Source: Alphaproteobacteria bacterium
GTDB taxonomy: Bacteria; Pseudomonadota; Alphaproteobacteria; UBA828
Direction of reading: 5' to 3'
DNA: 28,078 nucleotides
Assembly: GCA_963422645.2 (NCBI GenBank)
Contig: OY730417.2
Location: 1-28,078 of the forward strand
The position numbers and the translations under genes were made by a program. Shown here piece by piece: positions 18,216-26,785 of the stretch (its first letter is position 1; every line of letters begins with the position of its first letter). The notes under the pieces are model-generated. The model was given only the letters and a program-made list of their open reading frames with translations, did not search any database and was not told where the DNA came from.

Positions 18216-18701
18216 CCCCCGAACGGTGGCGGGCCGCACTCGACCGCCCGTGCCGCCCCGGTCCCGCCCGTGCACGGGCCATGCACAGGCCATTTTTCCA
18301 GCCCTGTTCAGCCCCGAAAATCAGCCGGTTTTCCGGGCGATTCCTGAGGACTTTCGTCCGCCTACACCTGCTATGAACCCTACTTCAGTGCCAGGTGACC
18401 GGGGCGGGGTAGCGGTGCCAGCCGCGCGCCGTCCGCACTCTGGCACAGGTTGCGGGGTTTCAAATCTGAAACGTCTTCGGTAGGGTCGCCGGCGTTTCGG
18501 GTCTGAAACGAGAGGCCGCGTCATGCCGAGGAACCGCCCCGAGCACTTCCACGTCTGGCGAAAGGCGAAAGGCGACAGGATTTTCTACGTTCTGCGGCGG
18601 CCCTTCAACACCAGCCAAGCCGCCGGCCAATGGGCGAAGCGGCGCGAACCGGACAAGGCCCGGTTCATGGTTTTGCGATGCACGGAAGAGCGCTGCGCCC
18701 C
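18216..18701 (+). repeat. Dispersed repeat X, copy 1
   Basis: 18386-18701 appears identical to 22971-23286 (316 bp); 18216-18561 matches the reverse complement of 27612-27982. Confidence 0.9.
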
Positions 18702-18714
18702 CAGGCTCGATTGA
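18523..18714 (+). CDS. 63-aa basic hypothetical protein within repeat X
   Basis: GAGAGG RBS, ATG; repeated at 23108; stop overlaps the TTG of the dksA-like gene. Confidence 0.55.
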   Translation: MPRNRPEHFHVWRKAKGDRIFYVLRRPFNTSQAAGQWAKRREPDKARFMVLRCTEERCAPRLD

Positions 18715-19137
18715 CGGGCCGGCCCCGCGTCGCCATCCGGCCAAGTACAAGCCGACGAGCAAGGAGGAGTTCATATCCCCGAGGATGCGGGAGTATTTCC
18801 GGCGCAAGCTGGAAATGTGGCGGCAGGACATCCTCGACGAAACCGATGCGACCCTCGAGAAGCTCAGGCTCGATACCAGCCAGAAGCTCGACCTGGGGGA
18901 CTGCGCCGCCGTCGAATCCGAGCGATTGGTTCAGCTTCGCACCCGAGACCGCGCGCGCAAGCTGATCTCGAAGATCGAGGCGGCGTTGCAGCGGATCGAA
19001 GACGGCTCCTATGGCTATTGCGAGGAGACCGCCGAGCCCATCAGCATCCGCCGTCTGGAAGCCCGCTCATCGCGACGCTCAGTGTCGAGGCGCAGGAGCG
19101 CCACGAGCGCCACGAATGCACCCACCGCGACGGTTGA
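18711..19137 (+). pseudogene. dksA: DksA homolog (alphaproteobacterial type) with two apparent -1 frameshifts
   Basis: YKPTSKEEFISPRMREYFRRKL...LRTRDRARKLISKIEAALQRIEDGSYGYCEET.EPI...IATLSVEAQERHER across three frames, shifts near 18738 and 19065. Confidence 0.85.
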
Positions 19138-19207
19138 TCTCTGCTTTAAGCCGGTCGTTGACGCGGGGTGGGGAAGAGAGAATACGCCCTGAGTGGCAAC
19201 ACGATCC

Positions 19208-19972
19208 TTACCTTGTGCCACTCGCCTCCCTATGGCCCAGTGTGCGGTCGCCGATCAGACGCGCCAACTCGAACCGCCGGCCTGTTTTCCACCCGGACCT
19301 AAGCGATATCCGCGTGTGGCCGTGTTGCTGGCGGAGCGCGAAGGAGATGCCGTCGGAGCGCCTGTGGATCTCCGTGATTGCACGACTTGTCGTCCCCGCG
19401 AAATCTGCGAGGCGCTGATCGGAAACCGGCTGTCCGTCGAGGGAATTCCTGTCGCGAAGCGCCCGCGCCATACATTTCCCCACGCGCCACGCATCAGCAC
19501 TTTCAAACTGCGGTACGGTTTCCTCTTCGGGCAATGCGATCACATCGCCTACATCGGCATCGAAACCGCTCCGCCCCGCGGTTTCCATGATGTCGGACGC
19601 AGACATCATGCAGTCGAAGGCATGGCCGCAAAGCGCGGCGTCGGCCGCCACCTCTCCGAGCGCCTCTTCCCCGAGAGCCGCCGCATCGCCGAGGCGGGAG
19701 CGTATCGTGTCTTCATCGACTTCATCCGGATCGCAGCCGAGCTGCGCTTCCAGCCGACGGAAACGCGCGACCTCCGGGTTCTCCCGTTCCGTCATCAGGT
19801 CGTTCCACAGGCGATGGAGGTTTGTCGTGCGGAGGCCATCTTCATCAAGTCTTGCCAGGACATCCTCCAGGAATCCGTCGACGACGTCTTCCAACGCCGT
19901 TGCAGGAATTGTCTGACGTCCCCTGGCCCACTGCTCGCCCCGCAAGCCCCGTAGCGGTGCCCCGCACCTCAC
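19208..19972 (-). pseudogene. Internal fragment of a hypothetical protein, possibly ImmA/IrrE-like
   Basis: Protein-like ORF (RFRRLEAQLGCDPDE...TGRRFELARLIGD) with no good start or end. Confidence 0.35.
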
Positions 19973-20015
19973 TCAAAGCCGGAATCAACCCGCTTCATCC
20001 CAAGATTTGCCCCTC

Positions 20016-20546
20016 TTACAAGTCAGCGTCCAGCGGCGGAGGCGGTAGGGGGCAAGCCGGCCATACGCACAAAAAAACGCGGTATGATAAACGTTTGGCC
20101 AAAAGCCAGTTTTCCCCTAGGTCTTCGACGGATATTTCTCCAAGTGCTGACCCCTCCTGCTCCGCTCGCGCATGAAATTGTTTGAACCACTCCCGCAAAT
20201 GTGTCTGAGCGACAGTGTCGTTGGGATACGCCAACTCTGCAAAATTCGGCGGAGTGCCTTCCAAGAACTCAATGACGTCCTGCTCTTCGAGTTCTTGCCA
20301 TATATGCGAGCCGATTACAAAAAAGTGTGCTGTATTATCAGCCTCCCCCTCAACCAAGGAATCCCACAGACGAGAAAACTGTCTTAAATCGTTCACAGAC
20401 GCTATTTCCGAGACAAGTTGCCGCCCGGCGTTGCGTTGCGTGCCGTTTTCTCCATTCTCTGCCACTGAATCCGTTGCAGCAAGTATCGAGAGCATCGTTG
20501 CAAAAATCAAAAACGCATTTTTGGGTTTACCGCAAAAAGACATCAT
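20016..20546 (-). CDS. Hypothetical exported protein (low-GC island)
   Basis: Hydrophobic N-terminal signal-like segment; GGAGG RBS; ATGA overlap with upstream gene; C-terminal CVWPAC-polyPro. Confidence 0.6.
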   Translation of the reverse strand: MMSFCGKPKNAFLIFATMLSILAATDSVAENGENGTQRNAGRQLVSEIASVNDLRQFSRLWDSLVEGEADNTAHFFVIGSHIWQELEEQDVIEFLEGTPPNFAELAYPNDTVAQTHLREWFKQFHARAEQEGSALGEISVEDLGENWLLAKRLSYRVFLCVWPACPLPPPPLDADL

Positions 20547-21061
20547 GTTGCCTCCCCTTGATCCTTTCGTTGCCAGAGACTAAATGAAAGAAAACCAGCT
20601 GTGGTTAGTATTGCCAGACTGCTGGCAGCAATTTGAACCAAACTAACACACCGAAGACTCGCATAGTAGTCGTTGCGGAAATGTTGCCTAGCGTCGACAA
20701 TGTAGCACTCCAATGATCCATTCCACCCGGTCGAAATTTCAGAAAAGAAGCCTGTTCTATATGCTATAACTAGAAAACTACACGCTACGGCTAATACAAA
20801 TAATGACAATGGAATAAACAATAAATTCACTCCCTTAACCAGGGTTTCATCGCGACTCAGCTTCGCTTCCCTAGCCCGGAACAAAATTGACAGAATAAAA
20901 CCAATGCTGGCTGCCGAGATTCCGGTAGCGACATCAGCTTGCATTTGTATTCCGTCGACGAACTGCAGTACCGTATCGGGGATGTCGGGATATGAGTACG
21001 CATCCGACGTGCTCTCTACGCCATTTTCTGTGCACATCTCGTAATTGATATCAACTTGCAT
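20543..21061 (-). CDS. Hypothetical membrane protein, ~3 TM helices (low-GC island)
   Basis: Three hydrophobic stretches; GGAG RBS; visibly AT-richer than the flanks. Confidence 0.65.
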   Translation of the reverse strand: MQVDINYEMCTENGVESTSDAYSYPDIPDTVLQFVDGIQMQADVATGISAASIGFILSILFRAREAKLSRDETLVKGVNLLFIPLSLFVLAVACSFLVIAYRTGFFSEISTGWNGSLECYIVDARQHFRNDYYASLRCVSLVQIAASSLAILTTAGFLSFSLWQRKDQGEAT

Positions 21062-21155
21062 ATTTTCTCCGCGTTGTTCGGCCGAGAAGCACTGAGGTGG
21101 CCTCGCCTATTCGGACAGCCTGGCGGCTTGGTTCAAGGTGTATTCCGGTTGAAGT

Positions 21156-22099
21156 TCAGGCTGCCAATATCCCCTTGAATCGATCTTCCTGTTGCTGCTG
21201 TTGCGCCTGTGGGTATGTGGGCAAGGCGCGGAGCGGCTTGTCCATCATATCATATCCACAGGCAGGCCGTCCCGGCAGGCCTCGGCCGGCGTCCGCCCGC
21301 CCAGCGCCGAGTGCGGCCTGATGGTGTTGCAGAAGCCGATCCACTCGCCGATGACGCGCCGGGCGGTGAAGCCGTCGGCGATCTCGTGCAGGTAGACCGC
21401 CTCGTATTTCATCGAGCGCCAGAGCCGCTCGATGAAGATGTTGTCCATGCACCGGCCCCGCCCGTCCATCGAGATGCGGATGCCGAGCCGCCTGCAGGCG
21501 GCCGGTGAAGGCGAAGCTGGTGAACTGGCTGCACTGGTCGGTGTTGAAGATCTCCGGCGCGCCATGCCGATCCAGGGCCTCCTCAAGCGCGTCTGTACAG
21601 AAGCCGGCATCCAGCGTGTTCGACAGCTGCCAGGCCAGGATGTGGCGGCTCGCCCAGTCCATGATCGCCACCAGGCAGAGGAAGCCGCGCTGCACCGGGA
21701 TACAGGTGATGTCGGCGCACCAGACGTGGTCCGGCCGCTCGATCCGCAGACCCTTGAGCAGACAGGGCCAGACCCCCGGTGCTCGGGGTGCGGAGCGCTG
21801 GTGCGCTGCGCCCGCCAGACCGCCTGAAGACCCAGAAGGCGCATCAGCCGAGCGGCCCGGCGGCGCCCGATGCATACCCCCTCGCGGCGAAGATGGCGAA
21901 CCATCTGGCGGGCGCCGTAGAACAGACCCTTCAGGAACAGCTCGTCGATCCGACGCATCAGCGCCAGCGTCTCGGCGCTCTCGCCCTTCGGCTCGTAGTA
22001 GAGCGAGGAGCGCCCGATCGACAGCAGCCGGCATTGCCGGCTCAGGCTCAGCGCCGGATGATCGCGCTCCACCATCGCCCGACGCTCGGCCCGGCTCAT
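21156..22099 (-). pseudogene. IS3 transposase OrfB (DDE), frameshifted
   Basis: Conserved blocks alternate between two frames, shifts near 21775 and 21495. Confidence 0.85.
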
Positions 22100-22386
22100 C
22101 GACCGGACCCGCGAGACAAAAAATCCCGCTCCACGATCAGCTCCCCGATCTTGGCGTGAAGATCGCGCACTTCGCCCTCATGATCCCGGACCCGGCGTTC
22201 CGCGCCCTTCGAGAACAGCTCGGCCAGACCCTCGATCGCCTGGCGCTTCCACGCACCCACCTGGTTCGGATGAACCTGGTGCCGAGAGGCGATCTCCTGA
22301 AGCGTCCGATCACCCCGAAGCGCCTCAAGCACGATCTTCGACTTCTGCTCTCCCGAAAATCTCCGCCGCTGGCTGCTCATATGCAT
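22096..22386 (-). CDS. IS3 transposase OrfA
   Basis: RRRFSGEQKSKIVLEAL...HPNQVGAWK...KIGELIVERDFL. Confidence 0.85.
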   Translation of the reverse strand: MHMSSQRRRFSGEQKSKIVLEALRGDRTLQEIASRHQVHPNQVGAWKRQAIEGLAELFSKGAERRVRDHEGEVRDLHAKIGELIVERDFLSRGSGR

Positions 22387-22450
22387 CCCTCCGTCCCTCA
22401 GTGGAATACACCTTGGCGACCCGTCCGATTTCCCGGGGCCACCGGCAACG

Positions 22451-22970
22451 TCACGATTTATGTGTCATGGGGAATGGGGTAGCGGTTCCCTGACATTTGT
22501 TTTGGTGGCTGAAGACGGCGAAGAGGATTCGGTTCATTGAGGTTTGGTCCTGGAAGGTTCCCATGGGCCGGGTCCTTCGCCGGACCTCTCGGAAGCGTCG
22601 TTCGATGGCGTTGGTGGTCCTGACCTGCTTTCGCTCGGCGAGGCTTGAGTAGCGGAAGCATGTGAGCAGGTCGTCGAGGTCGTTGCGCAGGCAGGCGACG
22701 GCCTTGGGGTAGGTCTCCTCCCAGGCATCGGCGAAGCGTCGGGCGGCGCTGAGCGCCTTGGGCCGGTTGGGGGCGTTCATGACGGCGTGGAGGCTGGCCT
22801 TCACGGCATCGCGGTGGGGTTTGCGGACCTTGTCGAGGATGTTTCTGATCTTGTGCGCCCAGCAGCGCTGGAGCGGGATGCTGGGGTAGACCGTCGGCAG
22901 TGCTGCAATCAGGCCTTGGCCGCCGTCGGCGCAGATCACCTCGAGACCCTCTCCGGCGAGCCCCCTGCGC
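22451..22970 (-). pseudogene. IS256-family transposase, C-terminal half
   Basis: ADGGQGL, QRCWAHKIRN, RTTNAIERRFREVRRRTR; truncated at repeat X. Confidence 0.85.
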
Positions 22971-23286
22971 CAGTGCCAGGTGACCGGGGCGGGGTAGCGG
23001 TGCCAGCCGCGCGCCGTCCGCACTCTGGCACAGGTTGCGGGGTTTCAAATCTGAAACGTCTTCGGTAGGGTCGCCGGCGTTTCGGGTCTGAAACGAGAGG
23101 CCGCGTCATGCCGAGGAACCGCCCCGAGCACTTCCACGTCTGGCGAAAGGCGAAAGGCGACAGGATTTTCTACGTTCTGCGGCGGCCCTTCAACACCAGC
23201 CAAGCCGCCGGCCAATGGGCGAAGCGGCGCGAACCGGACAAGGCCCGGTTCATGGTTTTGCGATGCACGGAAGAGCGCTGCGCCCC
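22971..23286 (+). repeat. Dispersed repeat X, copy 2 (contains ORF 23108-23323)
   Basis: 316-bp direct copy of 18386-18701. Confidence 0.9.
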
Positions 23287-23293
23287 GGATTTG

Positions 23294-23352
23294 ATCGCCG
23301 GGCCTCCTCTTCCCATAGCCTAAGGGTGGACCAATTCCATGGGCGAGGATCA
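23294..23352 (-). mobile_element. Isolated IS3-family left end
   Basis: AGGGTGGACCAATTCCATGGG.GAGGATCA shared with the IS end at ~26044-26073. Confidence 0.7.
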
Positions 23353-23367
23353 GTATTGGCAACCGTT

Positions 23368-23405
23368 CCCGAATGTCCGATAATTACAGTTATCGGACAT
23401 TCGGG
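23368..23405. promoter_or_regulatory. lox-like recombination site: 16-bp perfect arms with 6-bp asymmetric core
   Basis: CCCGAATGTCCGATAA-TTACAG-TTATCGGACATTCGGG, ending 6 nt before the recombinase ATG. Confidence 0.75.
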
Positions 23406-23411
23406 CCAGCC

Positions 23412-24350
23412 ATGACAGACGCCGCCGACCGCAAGATCGCCGCCGCCCCGCCCGTTCGAGAGCTCGCGCCCGCCGTGCAGGCCAGACTCGAAGCTGCATG
23501 GGCCGCCTCGAAGTCGCCCGCCACGCGCCGGGCCTACCGCACCGCATGGGCCACGTGGACGGCATGGGCCGATGCGCACGGGGGCACGTCCCTTCCCGCC
23601 GCCCCGCAAGCCGTCGCAGCCTACCTCGCGGCCCGCGCCGAAGCCGGCGCCGGCATGGCAACCCTGCGCATGGCAACGGCCGCAATCGGGGCCGCGCACG
23701 AGCTCGCCGGCGAAACCTCGCCGTGCGCGAACCGGCTTGTGAAAACTGCGATGCAGGGTTTCGCCCGGCAAGCCGCCGAAGCCGGCGCAACCGTCCGCCA
23801 GGCGCGCGGGCTGACCGCCGAAGCCGTGGCCGCGATCCGGGGCGCGCTCAGCGGCCGGGCCGATACCAGCCGGCGCGCCGCCCGCGACATGGCGCTTGTC
23901 TCCGTCATCGCCGATGCCGGCTTGCGCCGCTCGGAAGCCGCCGCGCTGGCATGGGCCGATATCGAGGTCGAGGCCGACGGCTCCGGGCGCGTCACTGTCC
24001 GGCGCTCGAAGACCGATCAGGAAGGCACAGGCGCGGTCGTGGCGATCACGCCGGCGGCAATGGCCGATCTCGACCGCCTGGCGGCTCTGCGCGGCGGCCG
24101 CGATCCGGATTTGCCGGTCTTCCGGCTGTCGGACAGGCAGATCGCGCGCCGCATCGCCGCCATGGCGATGCTGGCCGGCCTGGGCGACGGCTTCAGCGGG
24201 CATTCCGGGCGCGTCGGCATGGCGCAACGCATGACGCGCAACGGCGCGCCCGCACCCGCCGTCATGCGGCAAGGGCGGTGGAGCACAACCGGCATGGTCG
24301 CCCGTTACACCCGCAACGAGGGCGCCGGCGAGGCGCTGCGATACCTCTAG
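23412..24350 (+). CDS. Cre-like tyrosine recombinase
   Basis: SAM-like N-terminus (SPATRRAYRTAWATW); catalytic R (GLRRSE), K (RRSKTDQ), HxxR (GHSGRVG), W (QGRW), Y (MVARY). Confidence 0.9.
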   Translation: MTDAADRKIAAAPPVRELAPAVQARLEAAWAASKSPATRRAYRTAWATWTAWADAHGGTSLPAAPQAVAAYLAARAEAGAGMATLRMATAAIGAAHELAGETSPCANRLVKTAMQGFARQAAEAGATVRQARGLTAEAVAAIRGALSGRADTSRRAARDMALVSVIADAGLRRSEAAALAWADIEVEADGSGRVTVRRSKTDQEGTGAVVAITPAAMADLDRLAALRGGRDPDLPVFRLSDRQIARRIAAMAMLAGLGDGFSGHSGRVGMAQRMTRNGAPAPAVMRQGRWSTTGMVARYTRNEGAGEALRYL

Positions 24351-24359
24351 TCCACGGGA

Positions 24360-24528
24360 GACCGGCGTCGAGACCCGCCAGGCCGAAGCCATTGCCGCCG
24401 CGATCCGCGACGGACAGGGCGAGCTTGCCACAAAGGCGGACCTCGCCGGCATCGAAACCCGCATGGTCAAGTTCGGCTTCGGCCTCGCCGTCGGGATCGT
24501 CGCCATGAACACGGCCTTGATCGTCGGC
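24360..24528 (+). pseudogene. DUF1640/CCDC90-like fragment
   Basis: GVETRQAEAIAAAIRDGQGELATKADLAGIETRMVKFGFGLAVGIVA; no start. Confidence 0.6.
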
Positions 24529-24583
24529 TTCCGCATGCTCAACGTCCTGGACGAGTTCACCCGCGAGAGCCTGGCCATCCGGG
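24529..24583 (+). pseudogene. Tiny IS3 integrase-core fragment
   Basis: FRMLNVLDEFTRESLAIR is a characteristic IS3 OrfB block. Confidence 0.6.
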
Positions 24584-24635
24584 ATGCTCATGGCGTTGCC
24601 GCGGATACACCGAAATCCCCGCCGCCGGTCAAAGG

Positions 24636-25070
24636 TCAGGCGGCTTCTTCCACGGTCACCACCAGGCGCTTCCTGAAGCGGGCCAGGGCTTCCTCCAGCC
24701 GGCCGATCTTGGTGGCGTGGCGGGGGTCGAGCATACGGCGAACCTCGCTCTCCTGGACGCCCATGGCCGTCGCGAAAGCGCTGTTGGACAGCCGCTCTTC
24801 GCGTAGCGCCTCGTAAAGCGCCGCCTTGGCGGCCAGCACCGCGCCCGGAACCGCCGCAGGCCGGCCCCTGGCCGGGCTCGACGCCGGAATGTCCTCGCGC
24901 CGCGCCATCCGGCCCGCGAGCGCCTCCTCCAGGCAGTCCGCGGCTTCCGCCACCGCCTCGGCGAGCGTCTCGCCGTCCGTGAAGGCTTCGTCGAAGTCCG
25001 GGAAGGTGACCGAATACCCGCCTTCGCGTTCCTCGTGGAGGTCGATGGGGTAGCTGTACCGCATTGCCAT
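24636..25070 (-). CDS. hicB: HicB antitoxin
   Basis: GGYSVTFPDFDEAFTDGETLAEAVAEAADCL...C-terminal HTH (EVRRMLDPRHATKI); own GGGAG RBS. Confidence 0.9.
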   Translation of the reverse strand: MAMRYSYPIDLHEEREGGYSVTFPDFDEAFTDGETLAEAVAEAADCLEEALAGRMARREDIPASSPARGRPAAVPGAVLAAKAALYEALREERLSNSAFATAMGVQESEVRRMLDPRHATKIGRLEEALARFRKRLVVTVEEAA

Positions 25071-25082
25071 GATCGCAACTCC

Positions 25083-25295
25083 CTGGAGGTCGTTCGGGTC
25101 GATGCCGAGCTGCTTGCACATGCCGCGCAGCGTGCCGGTCTTGAGCGACTTCCTGCGGTCCTTCACCACGGTATGGCGGTCACCGCAATAGAGGGTGCCG
25201 TGGCTGCCCTTGCCCCTCGTCCGGTCGAACCTGACCGCGACCCCGTTCCTGCGCGCCAGCTTCCTAACCCTCGTAATGAATTCACGCCCGTTCAC
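25083..25295 (-). CDS. hicA: HicA toxin; stop codon lost so it reads in frame into hicB
   Basis: GTG start; RGKGSHGTLY...KTGTLRGMCKQLGIDPNDL then CAG at 25083-25085 where a stop is expected. Confidence 0.85.
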
Positions 25296-25449
25296 GGCCG
25301 GCACTCTCGCACAAAAATGCGCGAATAGGCAGGGGTTGTCTCGAACATTCTCATGCAGGCGGCAACATCCGGCATCGCAGAGGGAGAGAAAAACTCTTCG
25401 GGAGCGAAGCCGCTGACGGAGAGTATCAATCGGCTTTGAAGTTTGACCC

Positions 25450-25670
25450 TGAACCGCCCCGACTTTCCCGGAGGCTCCATCCTGTGAGAAGGAGGAGCCG
25501 TTATGGGAAGACATTCGACACGTTATCCGGCGGAGGTTCGCGAACGGGCTGTCCGGCTGGTTTTCGAGCACCGGGGCGAGCATGGCTCGCAATGGGCGGC
25601 GATGTGTTCGATCGCGGCGAAGTTCGGCTGCACGACCGGGACGCTGCGGCGGTGGGTCCGTCAGGCTGAA
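25450..25670 (+). mobile_element. IS3-family left end with truncated OrfA (ATG 25503)
   Basis: IR TGAACCGCCCCG..TTTCCCGGAGGCT; RYPAEVRERAVRLV...SIAAKFGCT..TLRRWVRQAE. Confidence 0.8.
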
Positions 25671-26073
25671 GCCCGGCGCTCCGGGATCCCGAGCCGGTCA
25701 CGGACATGATCGATGCACTGGCGGCGGTGCGAGGGGCTCGGAAGTTTCCCCGGGCGGCCTCCTTGAGGATCTGCTTGTCCAGCGTCAGGTCAGAAACCGC
25801 ACGGCGCAGCCGCTCGTTCTCCTGCTCAAGCTCCTTCAAACGGCGGAGCTGATCGCCGCTCATCCCGGCATACTCCTTGCGCCACCTGTAGAAGGTAACC
25901 TCGCCGATCCCGAGCTGCCGGATCGCGTCCGCCATCGACATGCCCTGGCCATGCAGGACTTCTGCCTGCCGCAGCAGGATCACGATCTCCTCCGGCTTGT
26001 AACGCTTCCTCGCCATCGTCGGTCCTCCTCTTTCCGTAACCTGAGGGTGGACCAATTCCATGGGGGAGGATCA
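25671..26073 (-). mobile_element. IS3-family (IS407-like) left end, OrfA from ATG 26016, truncated early in OrfB
   Basis: MARKRYKPEEIV..LRQAEVL...TFYRWRKEYAGM...LDKQILKEAARGNF; IR TGATCCTCCCCC. Confidence 0.85.
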
Positions 26074-26306
26074 ATCGCGTCTTGAAGTTGACGGCAGGCT
26101 ATGGCGGCTGTGCGGCTGGAGCGGTGCCGGCCGGCTTCTGGCCAAGGAGAGGCTATTGCGGCCTGCCCGGCCACGACCACCAGCCCAAGCTCGTCGGTGT
26201 CCTCATCGGTCACAACGGGTGGCCTGTCAATGCCTGTATGCGGCTCCAGGTTGCCGTAAAAATGCCATACCTGTATCATGTGAGCGTCAATCATGGAGGC
26301 GGAATC

Positions 26307-26522
26307 ATGGGATATGCAAGCCCCGGCGGACGAAACGAGGCCGGTATCAACATCAAGGTGCGCCCCGAGCTTCGCGCGCGCGCTGACACGTGCGCGACTC
26401 TCGAAGGGCTGACCACGCCGGAATTCGTGCGCGCGGCCATCGTCGCCCACTGCGAGCGCATCGAGAAGCTGCACGGCCAGCGCCAGCGCGCCGCGAAGGC
26501 CGCGCTGGCGGGCCGCGAATGA
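26307..26522 (+). CDS. Small ribbon-helix-helix-like regulator
   Basis: GGAGG RBS; INIKVRPELRARAD..ATLEGLTTPEFVRAAI; ATGA overlap with next gene. Confidence 0.6.
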   Translation: MGYASPGGRNEAGINIKVRPELRARADTCATLEGLTTPEFVRAAIVAHCERIEKLHGQRQRAAKAALAGRE

Positions 26523-26782
26523 CCATGGCCGCATCGTTCGACACGCTGGCCGCCGCCCGCCGGATGGAGCAAGCCGGGCTGCAACGCGAGGCGGCCGAAG
26601 CCGTGGCGTCAGCCATCCGCGCCGGGCAAGGCGATCTCGCCACGCGGGCTGACCTGAACGGGTTGCGCGAAGCAACCGGGGCGGACCTGGCCGCGCTGGA
26701 AGCCCGCATGTACCGTGCCATGATGTTGCAGGCCGTTGCCATCGCCGGGATCGTGATCGCCGCGCTCAAGCTGATCCCGTAG
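26519..26782 (+). CDS. DUF1640/CCDC90-like coiled-coil membrane-anchored protein
   Basis: FDTLAAARRMEQAG..REAAEAV...DLATRADL...C-terminal TM helix. Confidence 0.75.
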   Translation: MTMAASFDTLAAARRMEQAGLQREAAEAVASAIRAGQGDLATRADLNGLREATGADLAALEARMYRAMMLQAVAIAGIVIAALKLIP

Positions 26783-26785
26783 GCG

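Larger units (their letters stand above)
21093..22447 (-). mobile_element. IS3-family insertion sequence, full length but degenerate
   Basis: Imperfect terminal IRs TGAGGTGGCCTCG..TCGGAC / TGCCGGTGGCCCCG..TCGGAC; orfA 22096-22386; orfB from 22099 with WCADIT, FNTDQ, DNIFIERLWRS split by frameshifts. Confidence 0.9.

Noticed and set aside
17415-18293. Prophage or intact 292-aa MuF gene
   Set aside because: Only the central ~110 aa resemble MuF; no terminase, portal, capsid or tail genes in the window
18340-18365. Hammerhead ribozyme (CTGAGGA / GGACGAAAGTCC; GGCGGACGAAAGTC also at 17763)
   Set aside because: CUGANGA and GAAA fall on opposite strands and I could not build the three stems; only a short GAAA-loop hairpin
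18457-18509. Alphaproteobacterial LexA boxes
   Set aside because: Sites are GTTTC-N6-GAAAC palindromes, not the GTTC-N7-GTTC direct repeat
25296-25592. N-terminal extension of the HicAB ORF (318 aa)
   Set aside because: It is the antisense of an IS3 end plus promoter DNA; the real start is GTG at 25295
23294-26073. Active composite transposon carrying the recombinase and hicAB
   Set aside because: Both IS ends are left ends in the same orientation, no intact transposase of that element is present, and I saw no target duplication
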